Of a stretch of DNA of 64,000 bases, positions 24,351-37,400 are shown piece by piece. The translations under genes and the position numbers were made by a program. Location: contig OZ004611.1 of NCBI GenBank assembly GCA_963924565.1, forward strand, positions 22,010,001 to 22,074,000, given 5' to 3'. Source of the DNA: Ascidiella aspersa. Its lineage: Eukaryota. Within the stretch, counting starts at the first letter, position 1; each line of letters begins with the position of its first letter. The notes under the pieces are model-generated. The model saw nothing but the letters and a program-made list of their open reading frames with translations, was not told the origin of the DNA and searched no databases.

Positions 24351-25277
24351 TTAAGTTGCCGTATCTGCAGGCTCGTGGTCGCCTAACGTGCAGAAGTTCG
24401 GTTTTAGGATTTCGCTCCAACGCTGAAACGTAAACACAAGGCAGAGCAAGTTGACAAGCATAGTGGCGTCGAACACCGTCAGGTTGACATGCTTAACCGT
24501 GTGCTGAGGAATCAAGACAACATCGGTAACGACCGCAAAAAGATTGCATACGACGGACAGAGCTGTGATGACAGTGGAGCGCATTGCGATTCGCAGTATC
24601 TTCCGCGCGTTGTTTCCTCGCATCTGAAAGCGTAATGGATACAGGAACTGGAAGATCATCATGGATTGTGCGAGCGTTAACACGCCAAAAACAACGTAGA
24701 GTGGCCAAAACGGAGTGAAAACAATCGCGCTATCGACGCAGCCCTTCGACGAACTGACAAAGTTTTCCCCGTACGTGTATCCAACGCACGCCATTACAAA
24801 GCCTACGTTGGCCAGTAGCAGCATGAGCCATTTCACGTGCTTAACCCAGGGCTCTAGCGTGCGAAGGAGCGCGATCTTCTCGTACAAGAAGTGGAGACGC
24901 AACCACAGCACCAAGTAGTAACCCATAAAAAAGCTGCAGTAGGCAACAACGCACCAGTCAAATGCTATTTCGCAGCTTCGTGTAGACTGGACGCTGTAGC
25001 CAACGTTGAACGCGATCTGTGAACAGACGAGTCGAATCAGTGCCAATGCTATCACGACGAGAATGCTGAGATAAACTGGTCGAGGAGTGCAGGTCAGGTT
25101 AGACTGCCGGCGACCTGTGTCGTCGTTCCACTTTGCGATGCGCAGCCCGAAAACGGTAAAACTGACCCCGAACCAAACGACGATTAGCATCGCTATTATG
25201 TTGAAAACCTCCGCCGCTATCCATTCAGGTTGATCGAAACGCGAAAAGTTTCCCGGAGAAGTACTAAACGCACTCAT
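24351..25277 (-). CDS. Intronless 7TM receptor-like protein, paralogue 5b (308 aa, intact)
   Basis: Duplicate of 5a with six amino-acid differences; ORF intact. Confidence 0.9.
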   Translation of the reverse strand: MSAFSTSPGNFSRFDQPEWIAAEVFNIIAMLIVVWFGVSFTVFGLRIAKWNDDTGRRQSNLTCTPRPVYLSILVVIALALIRLVCSQIAFNVGYSVQSTRSCEIAFDWCVVAYCSFFMGYYLVLWLRLHFLYEKIALLRTLEPWVKHVKWLMLLLANVGFVMACVGYTYGENFVSSSKGCVDSAIVFTPFWPLYVVFGVLTLAQSMMIFQFLYPLRFQMRGNNARKILRIAMRSTVITALSVVCNLFAVVTDVVLIPQHTVKHVNLTVFDATMLVNLLCLVFTFQRWSEILKPNFCTLGDHEPADTAT

Positions 25278-27723
25278 GATTGTTAGGCCTTATAATAACA
25301 AATCAGGTTCTTCTAATTTGATCTAAAAATAAAACTTTGAAGTTTTTATCCCTGTCTTCTTTCTTGACACCGTTTGGGGTTTTTTTAAGCATTGGTCTAC
25401 CATTATACATCCTTAAAAAAACTTAGAATTGTCCAGATTTTACTACGTCTTATAGACGCTAAGGGTAAGCGGAAAAATAATCGTTTAGCAAGTTTACATT
25501 TTAGCTGCATACCTACACCAACGAGCTATATATATAAAGTAACATACTTTGATGAACAGAAAAACAATAATTAATCATGTTGTATTTGAAACCTATATAA
25601 AAAATACTAAGCTATAGCCTTTAAACCCATTTCAAGAGCTTAAGAAGAATTTGCCACAGTCAACCACTGTGTCTCACTGTATTGTTTTCTAGGAAATATT
25701 AGATCAACAATTTTCGGTTGAACTTTTATCTTCTCCAAACCATTGAGCAACGTAGTTTCGTTTCCAACGAACGTTCTAGGGTCACTGTCGGATACAATAG
25801 GAAGTATCCATTCTTGCTCCAAACTCAATCCTATTGCGTTGTGCGCTTTAAAATCTCTTGGCGAAAGTTCTATATTGTCATACGTCACACCAGGCAGTTT
25901 CCTTTTGGCGTCGATATTATAGCAAATGGTTGGAGAAACCTCCGACCATTAGTTATTTATTATGAAATAAAAATTTACGGCAATGAATAAATGTTTTAAC
26001 AAATTTTTTTTCATGCGACACCTAATTTTAGAAAATATATTTCTGGTAGCTTTATTAACAGCATTTTGTTAATTTTATGCGCTCGAACCATTTTTTACAA
26101 CCGAGCACAGTAATTGTCTCAAACTATGGATTTTATCAATTAAGGATAAAAAGCCTTGCTAAGCAGGCATGGAAAAAAACTCTTCATTATCAACGTACTT
26201 TATTATATACCACTTGTTTCTTTTTCGCGATTAAAATGTCCTTCGTGACTTTTGAAGGTTCGCGATACCCGCCCTATATGTTCATAGGAATATGTACAGA
26301 ATAGGTTAAAGCTACTTTCAAAATGCTCAACCTAATAGTCAACTAATATCATTTTCTATTGACTAGCAATGAAGTGAATAACCTTTGTTCATAAAGGACT
26401 TAATACAGCATAAACTTTATCACCACCTTAGCAAAAAAGTATACTTTCATTAGGAAATCCTTTGGACCCTTATAACAGTTATTTAAGCACCATTTTTTTA
26501 GGTTATTTGTTGACCCTTTGATAAGTTGATGGAAAATCCAGCATTAGACTCCTCGCTCACAAATCATTCCTCGCACATTAACACGGGTTCTTAGACTCTC
26601 TCAATCACTTTTTTGTAATTTTTAATTTGTACCTAAGTTTTTTTTTTTTTAATTTAATTTGTGCCTCATGCTAACATTTATATGTTTTTGTTGCCAAGGA
26701 TGCCGCCTTTAGGTGGAACCCTGTTCAGGTTGGTATGTTATGATCTTGTGATCGCCATATTATAATCATCTATTCATAATTTATATATGTATTTAAATCT
26801 TCGGTTAACAACTTGATAAATGCCTCCTAATTTTCCATTTCGTTAAAACTTTTACTTTCGTTTCGTTAAATCCAAAGTACAAAACAATTTCGGGTACTAC
26901 AAGCTCCTAAATTTGTAGTTCAAACCAATGTTTAGACTGACAACGCCAGGAAATGTATAGCATTCATGTTAAAAAGTAAACAAACAAATATTTAGTGGCA
27001 CCGTAAGTGCTGGCCATCAAATCCATACCAAAATAAATTTGCGTTATTATAAAAAATAAGCGTGTACGTCTGCTTCATTGTAAGATAACTAATTTAATAT
27101 TTTTTTCAAAGTACGTAATGCTGTTCAAAAAGTATGAACTATTAGGTCGCTCATTCCATTAAAATGAAAAAACAAAAGCTGTTAAATTATGTATAAGGGA
27201 CTAAAATAAACTTTCGTTTAAAAACTTGTACGTACGTAAATAATACGTAAAGTAGCAGCAAGAAATACAAGTGTCAAAGAATGTTTTAATAAACCAAAAT
27301 CAGTTATTGTAAGTAACCAAATAATTCAAAGTCAACAGGATTTTATTCGGCGAACGTTAAACTTGAAAGCTGCTGCACCGCAGTTTTCACAAAAAGTGTC
27401 AAAATAAAGCTTTATTTGGTGTTAGAAGTTACAAAAAAATGAAGGCAAAACATTACTGTTACAATTACCTTGTTATGAGTTCGATTTTGAAAAGTAATAC
27501 GCGAGAGAAGCCGTAACTATGCTTTTATCCATACGGTTTTTCATTGCAAAGTCTAAAACGTTTAAACATATTTTACGATTTGTTAGAAATAGATTTGATA
27601 GGAATAGACGAACGTTTTACCAGTATGAGGCATCAATAGTATCATGTTTTGTTCCACAGGGGGAGGGGAGGGGAGGGGTGGCATTTGTCGCCCTCTGAAA
27701 TTTTAAAATGCGATTATTATTAT

Positions 27724-28265
27724 AATGACTTAAGTCAATGACCTGACTTGTAATTACTTAAGTCAATGACCTGACTTTAGTCACAGTTCTTAAATGACTT
27801 GACTTGACTTGAGTCTTTTGGGCAAAAATACTTGACTTGACTTAAGTCTTTTGGGCAAATGACTTGACTTGACTTAAGTCATTTGGACAAATGACCTGGG
27901 TTAAAATAAATTGTTTTAATTAAGCAATTAATTATAAAATTACGTTATTTAGCCCAATCTTTGCACATAAAAGAATTTGCTTGTTATATGCTGCTTTTAT
28001 GTTATTTTTGACTTGAGTTGCTCATAATAATCGGAGGAGTTTGCCAGTTTTTATAATTTGAAGTTTTATTTTTTTGACGAGGGCTGGACTTGATGTTGAC
28101 TTGCTCTAATTATGACTTGACTGAGACTTGACTTGGGCAACCGATGACTTGGACTGGGACTTGACTTGTTATTTATTCAAAAAGACTTGACTTGTACTTA
28201 AGTTATTTTACCAATGACTTGACTGGGACTTAAGTCATTTCAAAATGACTTGTTTACAACACTGG
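27724..28265. mobile_element. GACTT-repeat MITE-like element (copy B)
   Basis: Duplicate of 18210-18755; ends aatgacttgtttacaacactggt. Confidence 0.75.
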
Positions 28266-28488
28266 TTCCTACAGATATAAAAACGCACGTAGGCCCACAT
28301 ATTAGTATCATAGGTACTGAAATAAAATTATGTGAAAATATTAAAATTCTCCACCCCTGGGAATTTTTCTGGGGGCGCCACTGAATATCCTAGTATACTA
28401 ATCGAGTAAACAGCGTGTATATTGTATAGTTATTCTGTCAGTAACGTCCCGAAAGATCTTATCGGGATCCTTGCATCTTGTGCTCGTC

Positions 28489-31400
28489 TCAAATCAAAGC
28501 CTCGTCCACCCTGCTTTCCATGGTGTGACTAGGAGCAACTTCCTTTATTTCCTCTTCAGACTTCCCAACGGTCTTTTTCGACTCCGGAGAGAGCGGCTCC
28601 ATCTGGAGCGATGCTGACTTCCGAAAGCAGCAGCGCCTCCTGATCCGCATTAACCGGATCAGGCAGAGGATAACAATCAGGAGAATGAGGGAGAAGATTC
28701 CGATGAGAACGTAGCCGACCACCGACGCTCCCGCCACATCTTGGTCAGGAGGATTGGTCGTCACGTCTAAACGACATAAGCACAGTTTCAAATGTGAAAA
28801 GAAACGTCATTAGATGATGAAATAATAATATTATTATTATTTTTTTTGGTAATATCGTGATCTAAGCCTGCTCAGACATTTTCTAGTTGTTTTTCATCTT
28901 TTTCCATATCGTAAGCTTTGCGTAAGTATATAGTATTCTGCTCTTGTTGATTAAAGTTGTTTTGGATTGTTTTTACAACCTTTGTGAGTTTGCTTGAAAA
29001 CGTCATTAGACTTAAATTTTACCTTTTGCAACAGTTTTAGAGCGTTTGTAATGTCTAACGGCATGAGCAAAGTTTTAAATGTGTTTTACAGGCGGGCTCC
29101 TCGACCCCCCAAAAAACACCTTTGGGTAATCGTAAAGGCAATGCATACATTAAATAGGTTTACAATGACTAAATAAAACTTAAAAACCAACTGAGCGAAA
29201 CCGACGTTATTGGTCGTCACGTCTAAACGACATAGGCAAATTTTCAAATGTGGTTTTACCTTCGGACTTCGTGTCCATTCACTTGCAATTTATGAAAGTG
29301 GCGAACGGAGAAACCCTAGCATTACCCTGAAACAGATTTGTAGAAAACTAAGCGTTTTCTTTTTACTCGTATTTAAAAAAAAACACTTTTGATTATATTT
29401 GAATTAATAAGCGCAAATCGAAAAGGCTCTGAAAAATTCATAAAGACAATGCTGACATATAAACACGTTTACAACGACTGATGTAAACATAAATATAACA
29501 ACTGAGCGAAACCGACATTATTGACACGATTTAACAACTATTTGAAAAATTATTTGTTACCGTTATCCTTCATACTGAGGATTCCATTATTAGAAAAATG
29601 CATTTCACTCTTAAAACGAAAAAAAGAGTGACTTTGACATTCTGCCTTTTGCGATTGCTGAAACTAGTCACTTCGATATTATACCTAAACAGTCTGAGGT
29701 ATGATAATTTTAAGTTATTCTCCATTTTAGGCAATTCTGTTCTGCACTAACGAGTAACGATTGTCACCAAGTGCATGTTTTACTGGATTTATATTAAAGT
29801 TACGAACCTTGGCTAAAGTCAGAATGAAAGTTCAAATTTCCATTATGGATTCATTTGTTTGTAACCACTAACTCAATTAGCTTGTAAAATCAAGTAGCTA
29901 ACTGGACATATTGCGACACTGATTTTACGAATGTTTACGAACGTTTACAAACGTTTACGTCTGTCTGTCGACGGAAGTTTATTACAACATGTAAATTATA
30001 TAGTCATTAGCAGAGACAAGCTACATTTACTCTAAACTAGATAAAATTACCATCGACGGTGTCTGGATTGCAAGAACGACAATCCTTCCCAAGAGTTTGT
30101 TCGGGGGGACAGGTACAAATCACTTTGCCACTTGAATCGTCGCAACCACCAGAGCAATACGAATTAAAGCTGGAATAATTCTGTCGAAATAAAGGACGAA
30201 TTTCTGTGCGCACGCATATATTGTGGATAACGTGCAATGTGACAGTCAATTTCTTCTAACCCATTTCCCAAACGTATCCAGTAAAATCAGAAATAAATTC
30301 ATTGTGTATACATGTCTACTATAATTTAAACTAATAACTTAACGTTTATACAGGGCAATGAAAAAAACATAATATCCCTATAATTGTGTGCAGTTGGGAC
30401 GACTAAGCAATAACAGTCGATATTAAAATAATTTACAGTCGATATTAAAAATAAAAGAGAGTTCAGACCGGAAAAACTATTTCTAGACGTATATTTATTG
30501 AAATGTATACGTTAACAATCGTCCAAAAATATATATAACCAATTACTAGAGCACCTTTGCTGTTGAATCCTGTTCGTAAGTGTACCTTGATTAAACATGA
30601 CAAGAAACGCCATTAGACTTGATCACACAAAATTTTACCCTTAGCAGCAGTATCGGTGGGTTTGTAACTGAAGGTGTAACTTGCCTTTAATGGACATTTG
30701 GTGATGGGCAAAATCGTCAGCGGTTCGAGACTGATAACCTTGCATCTTCTTTCGGTGAAGTTTTGTCCGAGTTCGTAACACGGCGACTCCTGTCCTTTGG
30801 TGGGTCCAATTTTCGTTTTTTGTGACTAAAAACAAACAAATACAAAACTCAGAGTGGGTTAGAAAATATGTAGATATACGCTTAGTTTTAGTCTCTTCAT
30901 GAACATGACATAAAACGACGGAAAATATTCTTTAAACTGTCCTGGAATTTTGCCAAAACCAGTCATTAGAAAAAATATGTAACAGTAAAGCATATTTTGT
31001 CTAAATTAAACGTTTAAATGTTTTTTGTGTTATTTTAGCTCAGTTGTGATATTTCTATCTTTTTATACGATGTTATAAATCCTCTTGTTTTAGTGGTTTT
31101 ATTTTTTTACTGGAAACTTGAGATGAGGGGAAATATATTTATATCAGTAGTTAACTGACTTGAATTAGCCTTAAGAATACTTTACTGTTTACGAAATTTT
31201 AACCTTTTTTGCTAACTCCGAAAAACGCCTTTCGGCATAAACCCACTGGCATAAAACCAGCACAAACACAAGTTTGTGCAGAATTGGTTGTTTATTGTCA
31301 AACTAAATGACTACGAAATGAGCATACTAAGATCATGGAAACATCGGGCTCCGGAATCACGATCCTGACAATGATTAATACATAGTTGGCTGTTAATATG

Positions 31401-34400
31401 CAAAATTTAAGAGCTTGGCGATGAATAAGCGCAGAACATTCGCTCCCTTCACCTTGCAGTTTTGTTGGACGTTGTCGTTACACACAGATATGATGCAGTG
31501 TACGTGCACCTCAGACTTCCCCAGGCAATTCTTCCATTCGTATCCACGGAAGTGAAAGCTTGCTGTTCCGCCACGGTTGTTCCGCGATACCGACACTCCG
31601 GGTTTTGTTTCGAAACTGTGGAAGGAGGACTTTGTTAGCAGCCCCAAATAACTACTAGGAGCAGATTTGTTTTTGCCCCGTTCGGGTGCATTAAGGAACA
31701 CGTTAGCTCTGTTCCAAAAGCGGCCCGAAATCTTATCAAAATAAATTTTATAAAAATATCGTTTTCATTTTGGTCTGGTTTTGTAGCAGACTGAAGTCAG
31801 TGATTAAATTTTAATTACCAAGAAAACGCATTAAATATAAATTACAAGGTTATTTCAACGGTTGGAAACTCGTTATTATGAAATATTTTTGTAGTGGTTC
31901 TGATACCGTCCGATACTAGGGTGCTATCGGTGCCGCGGTGCCGATGCGATACCAAATAAAATTGCGTATAACAGACTTGTTTTGCGACCCAACGTAGAGT
32001 TTTCTACTTTGAAATGTTAATTGCGGAGAATATATTATGCTCTTTTCATATAACATCTAACGCAAAAGAACATGTTTAGACCCTTCAAATGAATAAAATT
32101 GCACTTTATCATTTCATCAATTTTACGTATTCGAATCAGACTGCGATAATTTGAATAACATACCAAATATCGGACGGACCGATTTAAAACCATACTGAGT
32201 AGGTATCACTTTGTAAACGTTGAAAATGAAAAGACCTTCAAAAAGCAATCCAATTTATAATGATCTTTAAGATACTCGTTCTACAGTCTCTGTAGTGTTG
32301 TTAAAATCTCTATGTAACTCAAAAAAATGTCTGATTCAGCCCAGTGTAAGAAGAATTCTTTACCTGTTATCGAAAAGTGTTTGGTTTACGGTGTTGATAA
32401 AACTTTTTCCTGGCGTTATCCAGCACTTGTGCATCTGCAAAAAATAGGGAATACGTATAGTGCTCCACATTTTGTCAGCTGTACTGCATATTTAAATGAA
32501 ATAAATGCATGGGTGCAATTTCATTACGGGCTTCCAAACGAGAACAGTAAATGGAAATAAAAATTGCTTATATAAAGGAAAAAAAGTTATAAAAAAGCGT
32601 TAAGTCGGATATGGAACCACAGTGTTACTTCTCAGTAGCACAAACAGATGAAGGATGGTAGCATTTAAAATATGTCTATCCGTAGACCCATAAACATACA
32701 CGGCATCTTTATTTCTTTTATTTTACTTTATTTGTAATTTTACTATAAAATGCATTTTCTATACAAGTCAAGGCCCATAAATAAAAAAATAAACCACCGT
32801 CACTGATGCCCTCTATACCTATACCCAATACCCCAGAGCCTCCCTTCAGACCGGTTGTCTGTGAGGCATAGCCTAGGTTTACATATTACAAAAATAGGTA
32901 TAATTTTTGAAGACAATTGTAATAATAACATGCTTATACTTTTGGTTGCTTTTATTACTAATTTAATTTTATTCTGAATTTTTTGCCTGAATAATATAAA
33001 AAAGCCATGCCCACACAAACAATTCATGACATTTGACATTAGGGATGTCCTCTAATATCGGATCGGAGAAGATACCCGTTGCCAAGTGGTATATCGGCGG
33101 CGATTCGATATCAATTCGAAGTTTAATCCATTATTTGCGATTCAAAGCAGGAATTTTTACTTTGATGGCTAAATTTATCAAAAAAGTGGTGGGTTAATAA
33201 CATGTAGCTAAACTTCTAATCTGAACACTAAAGCACGTTTTGGTTATGAAGATTAAAAAACTGCGTTTAAACATTTCATTTCGTCTATTTTACTTAGTTG
33301 AGCATAGTTATGACGTCATTTGGTATCGGATCGCGATACATTTTGTCCAATATATTGGTTATCGATATCGGAATAAACAGTCAAGAATCAGACATCACTA
33401 TTTGGTATAGTCATAGTCGTAGTTGAAAGAAGAGATTGGAAAAAAAATGTAAAAGTAAATATAAAAAAGCATACATTGTAACGTTTAACAAGTAAGTTTA
33501 CCTGAAGTACTACATAACTGTCTGCAGCAACGGACTGCAAGGACAGTTGAACATATACGTTTTCATTGTATTGAGCGATAATCCTTCCAGACGGATTCCC
33601 CAGCAAATTCGCGTGACTTGGGTCGCTGTACAAATCGCCCAGGATCTTTAGTTTCTTTGTGGTGTCTTGTACAGAGAAAAAGTTCCTAAAAATTGATACA
33701 TGTCATAAGAATATCAAAGACCATATCATTTTGAACGTTTCGAATAACTTTGTATTCATTTTCAACATCATTGGTACATGTGTTTTTTAGTTATGGATTA
33801 CTTTTTTTATATGAGTAAGTGTTTGTCACTTTAAATAATTCTTGCAAACATTTACCCAAGGAAAAATTAAGGATTGTTACCAATTATTAAACAATATAAA
33901 GTTTCCCTTTTAGGCAGAAATATTTTTTTTATCGCTTTTGTGTAAGTCAGGGATTTTAAACTTTTTTTCTTGCATCGATTTGAAAAAAGTTTTTTGAAAA
34001 ATTGGAAACGCATTAAACGATAGAAATTTTACTCGTTTTCACGAAAATGTCGTTCGGTGAAAAAAATAACAATCCATTTACAGTAGATACGAAACAGAAT
34101 CACGTAATAAGCTTTCATTACAAGGATTAACTACCAAAGTGAGATACTCTGCGACGCCCTTGGAAATTAAAACAACGAACAGTACAAAACCCTCCGTTGT
34201 AGGTAATCCAAGAAAAACATGCCGACTTTTATAATACGAAGTACCTTGTTGATAGCTACTAAACTAAAGTACCGTGTACGACCTCTACCCCTGCCATGGA
34301 AAAGCTTCTATCAAATCAAACACTTGCCCTAATTGATTGTAGTTCTTCGAGTATTCGAAAAAGAGTTCCGTGGGCAAATCAAAGTCGATTGGTACTGGAT

Positions 34401-37400
34401 TCCGAAGTCTCTTATCGGTCTTGCTTGGTGGTGGGGGTTTCAATTTTCGCACGTTGTACTGCAGGTGCACAGTGGTTCCATTTGCCTACATTATGGGGAA
34501 ACATCGGCTTACTTGATAAAGACACTTTAAATCAGGTATTCCTAACCTGTGGGACTGCAATTAAGACATTGTCAGAGACAAAATCAAGCTCAACCATCAC
34601 AGTAACTGAATTATAATAACTAATTAATGTATACTATCATGTTTATTTTGTGTTGTATCTCTATCATATTATCATTATAACTACAGTTACTGTAAATCAG
34701 TTTTCTAATTAGAATGACGTTTCTTAATTTTTTAAAAGGTTAAAAAAATAGAGGGGAGTGGGCCATTGATTTCTTAAAATTTCCACAAAGGGCCACGGTC
34801 AAAAAAGGTTGGGAACCCCTGCTTCAAATATATGTACTATAATTAGAATTTACAAAATCGTTAAAAATTTCCGAACCTGATAAGTTTAAACAGTAATTAA
34901 AATAATACACAGTACAGATCAATTTTAGTGATGTGTTTTAGCTGTATATTTGAACAGACGATAAGCCTATTCGAAATATATCGAACAATTTATAATTTGT
35001 GACGTATACCGTAGGGCAAAATCATTTTTATAAGGTTTGTGATTGCTTAACGAGCTTGCACTATAATTAACCTTTTATTAGATATGACGTACCAAAACCG
35101 TACTGGTTGAACGCTTATTAGGCTTAAAATAAATTGTCGCGCACAGCACATTCAAATTGCACACAAATCACCGCATTTGCATTTATGCTTTTCAACTTGC
35201 GTTTACCTGTATTGTGAAAGGACAGAGGTAGAAGACAAACTGCACGTGAAGGTCAGCCGGTGAGGTTCGGCATGAGCTCGGCAGTTCGTCAAGGTTGTGT
35301 AGAGTTGAGTCTGCTACGTAGAGGACGTCGAATGGAGATGCATTAAGCTGCATTAAGTCCTCATCGCCAATTCTGGAAATTCCAACTTACTTTATCGACA
35401 TCTCTTAAAAAGTTGTAATACACATACGACCTTGGTAAGAAATATATGCGACATTCGGTCATGTACAGTCTTTTACGTAACCACATTTTTTTTAAATTAA
35501 AACATTTATTGCAAAGCCAAAAGGTGGAGTAGATCGACATTTATCTTACCCAAAATACAATCTTAAACAGCCAGCAAAACCGACTTATTTTTTCACGCCT
35601 CGGGACAAAGACTAGAAATGCCCGATACTTATTTTAATCCAACACCGAAATTTGACTTTTATGAAAAATTTCTGCCGATGTGATCCGTAACCAAATGACT
35701 TCAATACTACCTTAAAATAAGCAAGATTGTTTGTAAAACAAAAAAATAGTACAGCGCTCGGATACTTAATTCCTTATTTGAAATGTTTTGGTTTTTAAAT
35801 ACCTTTTAAAGTGGAAAAAAATAAGCTGGATAACAAACCATGGATTAAAATGCCAAAGTGTATTTTGTTTTGGATAGGCAGCGATGCCACTTTAGTATCG
35901 GGCGAGTACTGATAAATTATGAGGTATCGATTATCGGCTCTAGTTCCACTTTTTAAATTGGTATTCGTGTTATTGAGTTGCTGACTTACGAAATGTGAAC
36001 GGTTTCGTTGCAGCTTGCTTCGGTTTTTGCTGGAAGGCAGTTATCTGAAATGAATAAGTGTTACAGGCTTGTCGAAATATAATTTTGAACATTTAAAAAT
36101 GGAAAACCCGAAATGCATTATCTTTATACCTTACGAAAATAGTTTTGTAAGCACCACTAACTCTGTGATTAATGTCCTTTAAAGCAAAGTGGTTTTCCCT
36201 AAATTCTAAAAAAGTCCTAAAATTATTTATAGTGTTGCCTTTAAACGGAAAATCATCTTACAATTGCAAAAGAGACTAAACAACTATAAATGTATGTATT
36301 TATATGCAGTCCGATGTAAAATTGTCTTACACACGTCAGCTGTGTAGTTGCCGTGGTGCGCACCATGGCCTTGGGATTGCATTTGGACAAACGCTTGGCG
36401 TCCGGAGGTTTTCAAAATCTCCGTCGTTTTTCCGCCGTTCCATCTATTCTCTTCGGCCAGGCCATCGTCGGAATAAACCTATTTTGGGAAACAAACTATA
36501 TGTCAAGTTGTATAAACTGTTGTTACCAGGCTTGGTAAAATAAATCAAGAAACAACCATTCTGGTATTTGTAATTATTTACTAAGCTCCCGAACTTCGGT
36601 GTTATTTGCCCTGACAAAGGCCACTTGTATAGCTTGCCGAAACGTTGGTAAATAATTACAATTACCAGAAAAACTGTTTTTTGATTTGTATATTATGTCA
36701 AGTTGCATTGGTATGGATAGGCGTGAGAAATTATTCAAGAAAAAAGGCAGTTATTTCTTGAGTACTTTAACTAAACTAAGGTCTAACGGCAATATATTAG
36801 CTATGTTGCAAACAGTCCCGTGAAAAATAAACAATATCCACTTTACTATAAAAACGTGTGACCAGAAATAAATTTGTACTTTAATACGTTGAAATACAAT
36901 AATATATTTTTTAAATCTTCTACAATCTCCCAATGTAGGTATAGTTTGAATTGACATAATTCTGAAATAGCTGATATTGGAAAACAAACATTAGTAGCTA
37001 GAGCAATTCAACTTCTTATGTTAAATCGAATGTAAATAGGCAGTTTTTATCGTTAACAAAGATATATCCGTGGTCTTCACTCGATAAATAAAGTTTATTC
37101 GGTCGCCTTTATGTATACTTACCAGTAGTAAATCGTTAACGTCCAAGGTAAAAGAGGTAAAATTGAAGGAAAAATGGCAATAAGTCAAACTGTCGAAGGT
37201 CCACTTTTGGATACTGTTCTTATCGACTTTAATTGTCGAATTTTGTGCGATCTCGAAGTGTTGAGTACCATTGGTGAAACTGTAGCTCTCTTTAAAGTAG
37301 TTGTCAGGAAACACTATACCGGAAAGCAAGTTTAAAGAAATTGTGGACTTCAAGTTAAAAAGATTTATACAAATAGCCGTAATTTAGTGTTTGGTCGCAC

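Larger units (their letters stand above)
21417..30933. repeat. Segmental tandem duplication, copy B (~9.5 kb)
   Basis: Junction ...gaaaatattcttt|gacgtatccg... at 21416/21417; copy ends gaaaatattcttt at 30933, followed by unique sequence. Confidence 0.95.
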
